NCBI GenBank assembly: GCA_039586365.1
Contig: JBDHKN010000038.1
Location: 1-42,797, forward strand
Length of the DNA: 42,797 nucleotides
Source: Gemmatimonadota bacterium
Lineage (GTDB): Bacteria > Gemmatimonadota > Gemmatimonadetes > Gemmatimonadales > GWC2-71-9
Direction: 5' to 3'
Position 1 is the stretch's first letter. Each line of letters starts with the position of its first letter. Below the pieces are notes generated by a model that worked only from the letters and a program-made list of their open reading frames with translations, had not been told where the DNA came from and did not search any database. Both the position numbers and the translations under genes were made by a program. Shown piece after piece: positions 36,761 through 42,797 of this stretch.

Positions 36761-39229
36761 ATGGGACGTAAGCAGAAACCGAAGAAGCGACGGAGTCGGG
36801 CCCGCAGCCGCCCCTCTGCGGATGGCGCGGGACTCAAGGCCCCACCTCAGGTGTCAGCCGCTCAGGGCAGGGCCAGCAAGGTTTCCCCACCGGCGCCGGA
36901 CCAACCGAGCAGGAACCGGTGGCGGCAGGCGCTGGTGCGCTCTGTCCTGCCAGCCGCGGCAGCGGTTGTGTTGAGTGCGGCTCTTGGATGGTGGCTACTC
37001 CGCGAACGTGACGTGGGCTTCCCCCGGCCGCGAGGTGTTGCGGCAGCGCTGGCGGGACCCGCTTTCGAGGATTTTGCCGGTGCCGAGAGCTGCAAGGAAT
37101 GCCATCAGCAGCAGTACGACGACTGGGTTGAATCCACTCACGGCAACGCCGGTGGCGAGCCGGACGGAGAAACGGTCATCGCACCGTTTGACGGTACCCC
37201 GATCAGATTCGCCGACGCGCTCGTGACCCCCACCGTGAATGACGCAGGCGAGTTTCAGTTCGTGGTCCAACAGCCCGAGAAGGAGACGCAGGCGTTCACG
37301 GTGGCGGGCGTGATAGGAGGCGGATGGATGGAAGGCGGGGGTACTCAGGGATTCGTGTCGGCATTTCCTGACGGTACGGTTCGGTTCCTCCCGTTCGACT
37401 TCATCAAGGAGGAGGGGGTTTGGTTCTGCAACACAAACTCTCGTACTGACAAAGGTTGGATCCCGATAGCTCGGAGCGTCTCACTCGACGAATGCGCGGA
37501 TTGGCCGCCTGTTAGGATTCTGGGCACGGAGACAACCTACGCCAACTGTCAGGAATGCCACGTTGCGCAGATCGATGTCATGTATGACAGCAGGGCGAAC
37601 ATGTATTCCACCCGCGTCACGACCTTGGCAATCGATTGCGAATCGTGTCACGGTCCGATGGCGGACCATGTGGAACGGTCACAGCCGGACAGGATAGCGG
37701 CTGAAGACGACATCGCGGTCGATGCTTTGGCCACGTTGTCCAAGGATGAATCGCTGCGGGTCTGTTTCCGCTGCCATGCTCTGAAGGACGTGTTGAAGCC
37801 GGGCTACTTCCCTGGGAAGCCGTTGTTGGAACACTACTCCATAGGCTTCCCCGTGCTCGGTGGAGGGCCGCTCCATCCTGATGGCAGGATCCGAACGTTT
37901 GCCTACCAAGGGAACCACCGCTACAGTGACTGCTACCTGAACGGATCGATGACCTGCGTCGACTGTCACGATCCACACACACAACAGTACCGCGACATCT
38001 GGGGCCGCGTGCTAGAGGGCAGGTTCAGCGACGAACAGTGTACCGACTGTCATCCTAGCAAGGCGGATCGGCCAGAGGAACACACGTATCATGAGCCGGG
38101 GACCGACGGGAGCAGGTGTGTGGATTGCCACATGCCGTACTTGCAGCACCCCGAACTGGGATACGAACTGCGCTTTTCCCGGTCAGATCACACCATCCCG
38201 ATTCCGCGTCCAGGATCCGACGATCGCATGGGAGTGGTGAATGCCTGCGCGTTGTCTGGCTGCCATCCCGACAGTTCACTGGCCTCACTCCAAACGATTA
38301 CGAAGGAGTGGTACGGGGAGCTAAAACCGCGCAAACCGATCGTGAATGCGTTGCTCGACCCCGAGCAACTTGATGAAGCACGCTCCACGCGAGTGTTGCT
38401 CGACTCAGCAGCCAGTTTCCCCGCAGCGCAGGTGGGTGCAGTCGGCGCCTTCGTTACTCGTTTCCTCGAGCCCGATATGTCCCGGCACAATCCAGAGATC
38501 GACCAGGCATTGCGGCACCTGTCTCGGAGTGACGATTGGGATGTGAGGGCCACAGCTCTTGCCGCGCTGCATTTGGCGTGGGGCGAAGATGAGCGCACCA
38601 AGGAGTTTCTGGTGCAGGCTCTCAAGGAATCGGCCGCAATGGAAGGCGCGCTGCGGGCCAGATGGGCCACGGCTCTGGGTACCTTCGGCGACACCTACTT
38701 CGGCTTGGGTGAGTGGGATCCGGCGATCGAGTCGTATCGGAAGGCGCTGGAGATTCGTCCGGACAACGCAGCAATCCTGATGAACCTGGGGCTGGCGCAG
38801 GCCTATGCTGGCGACCATGAGGACGCAGCAAGTTCGCTGCGCGGTTCAATCGCGGCTGAGCCTCGACAACCACTTGCCTGGGTCAACCTCGGATTCTCAC
38901 TGGAGAACTTAGGCGACACTGCGGGTGCGGAAGATGCTTACCGTACAGCGATGACAATCAAGGATGACGAGGCCCTGGCGCACTTCAATCTCGCGAACCT
39001 GCTGGTGAGGCAGGGGGAGTTGACCCAGGCCATCGAGCACTACGAACGCACGTTGGAACTCCAGCCTACACTAGCTCAAGCACACCTGTATCTAGTGCGC
39101 GCGTATGTGGCAGCCGACGACGTTCGCGGGGCGGTCATAGCCGCCCGCCGCTGGCTGCGCTACGCACCGGAGGATCCACGGCCGCGAGAACTTCTCGAAG
39201 AGGTGGCAGGGGCCCTGCGACCGCGGTAA
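36761..39229 (+). CDS. Membrane-anchored multiheme cytochrome c with HEAT-like and TPR repeats
   Basis: Seven CxxCH motifs plus CALSGCH; N-terminal TM helix; C-terminal TPRs (AIESYRKALEIRPDN, AHFNLANLL). Confidence 0.88.
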   Translation: MGRKQKPKKRRSRARSRPSADGAGLKAPPQVSAAQGRASKVSPPAPDQPSRNRWRQALVRSVLPAAAAVVLSAALGWWLLRERDVGFPRPRGVAAALAGPAFEDFAGAESCKECHQQQYDDWVESTHGNAGGEPDGETVIAPFDGTPIRFADALVTPTVNDAGEFQFVVQQPEKETQAFTVAGVIGGGWMEGGGTQGFVSAFPDGTVRFLPFDFIKEEGVWFCNTNSRTDKGWIPIARSVSLDECADWPPVRILGTETTYANCQECHVAQIDVMYDSRANMYSTRVTTLAIDCESCHGPMADHVERSQPDRIAAEDDIAVDALATLSKDESLRVCFRCHALKDVLKPGYFPGKPLLEHYSIGFPVLGGGPLHPDGRIRTFAYQGNHRYSDCYLNGSMTCVDCHDPHTQQYRDIWGRVLEGRFSDEQCTDCHPSKADRPEEHTYHEPGTDGSRCVDCHMPYLQHPELGYELRFSRSDHTIPIPRPGSDDRMGVVNACALSGCHPDSSLASLQTITKEWYGELKPRKPIVNALLDPEQLDEARSTRVLLDSAASFPAAQVGAVGAFVTRFLEPDMSRHNPEIDQALRHLSRSDDWDVRATALAALHLAWGEDERTKEFLVQALKESAAMEGALRARWATALGTFGDTYFGLGEWDPAIESYRKALEIRPDNAAILMNLGLAQAYAGDHEDAASSLRGSIAAEPRQPLAWVNLGFSLENLGDTAGAEDAYRTAMTIKDDEALAHFNLANLLVRQGELTQAIEHYERTLELQPTLAQAHLYLVRAYVAADDVRGAVIAARRWLRYAPEDPRPRELLEEVAGALRPR

Positions 39230-39312
39230 TCGGGACCCATCCGAATCATCTGGCGGGTTCCTGAGGATTTGTTTGGAAACTCGAGCAAGCGGCACCCGGA
39301 GATCTGTCGAAG

Positions 39313-40272
39313 TCAAGGTACGTATCGAGCCGCGCCCGGTGCAGGCGCCCACGGGTGGTCAGGCTCGAAATGTTTCCACAGTGCAGCTGATACATTCCTC
39401 AGTACTACGTAGCCTTCGTTGTCGGCCGCCCAACGCTCGTCAGCCTGGTTCTTGGTGATAACGCAGAACATGTAGTCACCCGAAGGGGCGTTTACCAGCA
39501 CGACCTCCGAACGCGATCGACTGACGGCACCTTGTTTGGAGGCGGCCTGTACCCAAGGCGGGATCTGTGACAGCGCTTCGCCGTTCCAGTAGATCCGGGT
39601 GAGGTACCGGTACATTGCTTCGCTAGAGGCTCGGCTTACCACTTTCCCCTCCCGGATCATCACCAAGAGCTCTGCCATCTCGCGAGGCGTGGTTTGTCCC
39701 CATCCGTGATCCTCCCAATCACCGTGTCGCCCCGGAGTTCGGGAGTTGACTCGTGTATGCTCGAAGCCGTGTTGCTCCAACCACAGGTTGATCCGAATTC
39801 CTGTACCCGCCAGGTGTTGTGGCCAGAGCGCTGCCGTGTTGTCGCTTGTTGTGATCATGAGCGTTGGCACCTGTGCAAGCGGAATCTTCGCGCCCTCGGC
39901 GTATGAGCCAAGTATGTCTTCGCCCGGATAGAGCAAAGAGTCGGTGTACACCAGTTCCTCTTCAAATTCGAGATCGCCACGCTCCATGGCGGCGAATGCG
40001 CCGATCAAGATGGGTACCTTGATCATACTGGCGGTGGAGAAGATCTCGTCAGCGTTGATCTGTACTGTTCGATTGCTCGACAGGGGATGCACGTACACGC
40101 CGACGTGTCCGCGAAAAGAGTCCACCAGCGGGACCAGTTTTACTAGGAGGGTTGAATCAATGGACAGGACGTCGTGTTGCTGTGCGAGGGACTGGGCTTG
40201 GCATATGCCAGGTGTGCCCAGCAGCAGTGCAATTGCGTGATAGAGCCATCCGCGATACCATCTCACAGGCAC
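39313..40272 (-). CDS. Class A beta-lactamase-like serine hydrolase
   Basis: TASMIK (SxxK), SDN, TTPREM, KQG; signal peptide. Confidence 0.85.
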   Translation of the reverse strand: MPVRWYRGWLYHAIALLLGTPGICQAQSLAQQHDVLSIDSTLLVKLVPLVDSFRGHVGVYVHPLSSNRTVQINADEIFSTASMIKVPILIGAFAAMERGDLEFEEELVYTDSLLYPGEDILGSYAEGAKIPLAQVPTLMITTSDNTAALWPQHLAGTGIRINLWLEQHGFEHTRVNSRTPGRHGDWEDHGWGQTTPREMAELLVMIREGKVVSRASSEAMYRYLTRIYWNGEALSQIPPWVQAASKQGAVSRSRSEVVLVNAPSGDYMFCVITKNQADERWAADNEGYVVLRNVSAALWKHFEPDHPWAPAPGAARYVP

Positions 40273-40497
40273 CTCCGCGCCGCGTTGAGTCAGCCGACTA
40301 GAGATCTAATCCAAATGGAACGATTCCACACCGCACCACGGCGGGGATCGGTTGAGAGTACAGTGGCGAGCGGTCAAGGCTGAAAAATAAAGCGGAGTTG
40401 CCACTCGCACCGGCGCCACGGGTGCGACTCGCCCCTGGGTACCAGGACGAACTGAATGAGGCGCACGTTACACCACTCACGACTCGGGAGATGATGC

Positions 40498-40968
40498 ATG
40501 AGGAGATTCCTTGTCATGCCACTGACACTGGTGTTGGCAGCGTGTGACACCGGTAACACGATTACCACCAGTGGGCCACTCACCAACGATGACTTTGCAC
40601 CAGCGCTCAATGTCGACCTGAACGCAATGGTGCAGACAGCATCGGGACTGTACTACCAGGACCTCGAAGTGGGACAGGGCGACGAGGCAGCAGTGGGAGC
40701 CACCGTAACGGTGCACTACGAAGGATGGCTAGCCAACGGAACGAAGTTCGACAGCAGTCGTGACCGGGGGCAGCCGTTCACTTTTGCGCTCGGCGCCGAA
40801 ACCGTGATCCCGGGTTGGGATGAAGGAGTCGCCGGCATGCGTGTAGGAGGCCTCCGCAAATTGGTCATTCCACCAAACCTGGCGTACGGGGCGGCAGGCG
40901 TGCCCCCGACAATTCCCGGCAATTCCACTTTGGTGTTCGACATCGAGTTGCTGGAGGTCGTGCAATAG
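40498..40968 (+). CDS. FKBP-type peptidyl-prolyl isomerase lipoprotein
   Basis: LAAC lipobox; VTVHYEG, FDSSRDRGQPF, VIPGWDEG, IPPNLAYG, LVFDIELL. Confidence 0.95.
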   Translation: MRRFLVMPLTLVLAACDTGNTITTSGPLTNDDFAPALNVDLNAMVQTASGLYYQDLEVGQGDEAAVGATVTVHYEGWLANGTKFDSSRDRGQPFTFALGAETVIPGWDEGVAGMRVGGLRKLVIPPNLAYGAAGVPPTIPGNSTLVFDIELLEVVQ

Positions 40969-41136
40969 GCCGAGACTCGTATCGGTGTCGAGCGACGGGT
41001 GTTGAGGTTTGGTGGCTTGATGTGAACCGGGTGGTGGTTCGCTGGTTCGAAGCGTGGTCACGCCTCGCTGGGTGGCACAGTGTCGGACGTATATAATCTG
41101 CTAGCTTACGGTCGCGGGGGTCGGTCGGCCCCGTAG

Positions 41137-41340
41137 TTATGGGGCTTCCTCCGTGACATTGGCGGTGTTGTTCGGTGCCGCGGAGCCGCGCCGTTCTGTG
41201 CCGCCGCGGCGATCCTTGCCGCTGCGGCGCTCTTCCTTGCCGTAGACCGCAGGCGGGATGTCCACCACTCGGCGCTGCTTCTTGCGGCGTTCCTGACCTG
41301 AGCGTCGTTCGAGACCTTTCGATGGAGGCGTGTGCTGCAT
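41137..41340 (-). CDS. Small protein with (D/E)RRxxx repeats
   Basis: ERRSGQERRKKQRR and ERRSGKDRRGGTERR in 67 aa. Confidence 0.6.
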   Translation of the reverse strand: MQHTPPSKGLERRSGQERRKKQRRVVDIPPAVYGKEERRSGKDRRGGTERRGSAAPNNTANVTEEAP

Positions 41341-41430
41341 GGGTGGACGCTCCGCGTGCCGGTTGAGGCTGCCCTTATGCCAAGGTACGACAGGTGGTGG
41401 TTGAGCACAAACGAGGTTTTGGTCTGTCGC

Positions 41431-41730
41431 TCACACACGACCCTCGTCCCGAGCCTTGGTGAGCATCCTCTCCGCAAATTCGATCCTGCCCGAAAGTTCT
41501 CGCACATCGCCCAACTGTTCCCGCATTTCGTCCCGCATGTCGTCCATCGTCTGATGCAGGAGTTCCAGAGACTCAGACATCCTCTCCAGGTCGGCTGGAT
41601 GCGGACCTCTCCTCAAGCGAAGCCAGGTGTTGGTTCCAATCCACAGCGCCAAGACCCCCCCTGCTGTCAGTATTAGTGTGGGCAGAACCTCACTCATGAA
41701 GATCAAGCCGTAGGGCACGCCTGGTGGCAT
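41431..41730 (-). CDS. Small single-TM coiled-coil protein
   Basis: GGAG RBS; one TM helix followed by heptads ending ELSGRIEFAERML. Confidence 0.7.
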   Translation of the reverse strand: MPPGVPYGLIFMSEVLPTLILTAGGVLALWIGTNTWLRLRRGPHPADLERMSESLELLHQTMDDMRDEMREQLGDVRELSGRIEFAERMLTKARDEGRV

Positions 41731-41869
41731 GGTCTGCTCCCGAAGTGGTTGTTGGATGGTAACACCAATCATAAGAATCCCAGACCAGGGACACCAGAGT
41801 TCGCTGGCGCTCGATGGGTCGACAAGTGAGGCCTGTCAATCGACCGACTGTCGATGTACGTTGGGATGC

Positions 41870-42235
41870 ATGGGAACGATATGTGGCTGTATTCTCGTGG
41901 CACTGGTCGGTGTGGGTGGCGACCCAGGAGATTCAGTGGGCCCGGTTCGTGAGCTAATGCCGCACGGGATCGGAATGGAGCTGGTCGAGCAGACAGAGCC
42001 TAGCCACTTGAAGAGCACGAGTAGCGAAATCGATAACATTGCGAGTCTCCTGATGGCTCCTGGTGCGGTTCATGCAGTGTGGGTCGATTCCGATTTGGAG
42101 GGAGACCCGTTCTGGCCCGGTCCCCCAGCCCCGCCTAGTGGTGGCCGCACCTTCTCCTGGCTTTTCGCTGGCGCCATCGGTGTGGCGTTCGTGACGTTCG
42201 CGATCATAGCCGCCACGGCTTCGAGCGGTGACTGA
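41870..42235 (+). CDS. Hypothetical protein with N-terminal signal and C-terminal TM helix
   Basis: Hydrophobic termini and a Pro-rich linker. Confidence 0.5.
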   Translation: MGTICGCILVALVGVGGDPGDSVGPVRELMPHGIGMELVEQTEPSHLKSTSSEIDNIASLLMAPGAVHAVWVDSDLEGDPFWPGPPAPPSGGRTFSWLFAGAIGVAFVTFAIIAATASSGD

Positions 42236-42283
42236 AGAGACAGCATCTTCCTTAGAAGCAGTCAGTTCTGTAGTTTCAGGACT

Positions 42284-42616
42284 ATGAGAGGGGATTTGGT
42301 GATTGAGCGTCGAGGGGGCAGTGAGCGTCGCAGCGAGCTAGACAGACGGACTGGCCGCGATCGCAGAAGGGACTGCGAGAGAGAGATCGCCCGGCAGCTC
42401 CCCGACGAGTTCGCGCAAGCCGGGGGTGATCCGGTGCATCGTATTGCCGGACTGGTCAACCGTCACTGGCCCCACGAGGAACTACCAGCCCGCTCCGAGC
42501 TGACGCAGCAGTTGCTCCCGATACTCGAAGATCTCCTTGCACCCGGTACTCCGGTTACCGATGAGCACAGAGAACAGTGCGAATCCGCTGTCCTCGATTG
42601 GGTCGACCAGCAGTAG
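42284..42616 (+). CDS. Hypothetical protein with N-terminal (D/E)RRxxx repeats
   Basis: ERRGGSERRSELDRRTGRDRRRD followed by a helical domain; AGGA RBS. Confidence 0.65.
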   Translation: MRGDLVIERRGGSERRSELDRRTGRDRRRDCEREIARQLPDEFAQAGGDPVHRIAGLVNRHWPHEELPARSELTQQLLPILEDLLAPGTPVTDEHREQCESAVLDWVDQQ

Positions 42617-42710
42617 ACGCTTCCGCCTGCAATCCCGTAGCTGCAACTATCAGGTGCCATCCGTTTAGGTTGCGGACCAGCCACCAAACAATGCCTCGAA
42701 CCTGCAGAAG

Positions 42711-42797
42711 ATGACTTCGGATGGTTCGCTGTCCCATAGGGTGGCGATCGTAACCGGTGCCTCGAGCGGGATCGGTGCTGCCACTGGTGAGCTGCTC
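42711..42797 (+). CDS. SDR-family oxidoreductase, 5' end (cut by the window edge)
   Basis: MTSDGSLSHRVAIVTGASSGIGAATGELL; TGxxxGIG Rossmann motif. Confidence 0.85.
   Translation, partial: MTSDGSLSHRVAIVTGASSGIGAATGELL

Noticed and set aside
39313..40272. True beta-lactamase resistance gene
   Set aside because: KQG instead of KTG and no clear ExxLN (Glu166) omega-loop motif; more likely a PBP-like serine hydrolase
40404..40428. Hairpin TCGCACC...GGTGCGA as ncRNA or riboswitch
   Set aside because: Single 7-bp stem, expected by chance at this GC content; no family features
1..42797. CRISPR array, tRNA/rRNA, IS or prophage genes; many long antisense or alternate-frame ORFs
   Set aside because: No repeat-spacer periodicity, RNA gene signature or transposase/integrase motif seen; overlapping ORFs are GC-rich shadow frames of well-supported genes

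Overview
GC-rich bacterial chromosome segment with about 40 genes and no recognisable rRNA, tRNA, CRISPR array or transposase. The gene repertoire (ADOP permeases, a Hanks kinase, Tat proteins) suggests Gemmatimonadota or Acidobacteriota; this is an inference. The centrepiece (10.1-21.2 kb) is a divergent nitrogen-oxide locus. On the + strand is an operon of Rieske protein, cytochrome b, membrane-anchored HAO-family octaheme cytochrome (apparently lacking the oxidative Tyr cross-link), NapA and a tandem-duplicated tetraheme NapB-like lipoprotein, with no napC, napD or napG. On the - strand are an Rrf2 regulator, a DUF438/hemerythrin/PAS protein, a DUF1858/DUF2249 protein, a NapH-like polyferredoxin and an alginate-export-type porin. 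Together these look like a Q-cycle-coupled periplasmic nitrate/nitrite reduction system with a nitrosative-stress arm. Other highlights: a single 1199-aa XRE-HTH / Ser-Thr kinase / duplicated ABC-permease fusion; three orphan ADOP permease loci, each preceded by an ECF-like AAC-N17-CGT promoter; a PadR gene in frame with its permease across one TGA; a second redox cluster (CuA-NapH fusion, CuA lipoprotein, tetraheme cytochrome c, multiheme-TPR protein, Tat DUF362); a decayed RimJ-like pseudogene; and two small proteins with (D/E)RRxxx repeats. All family calls come from motif recognition by eye; no database search was run.
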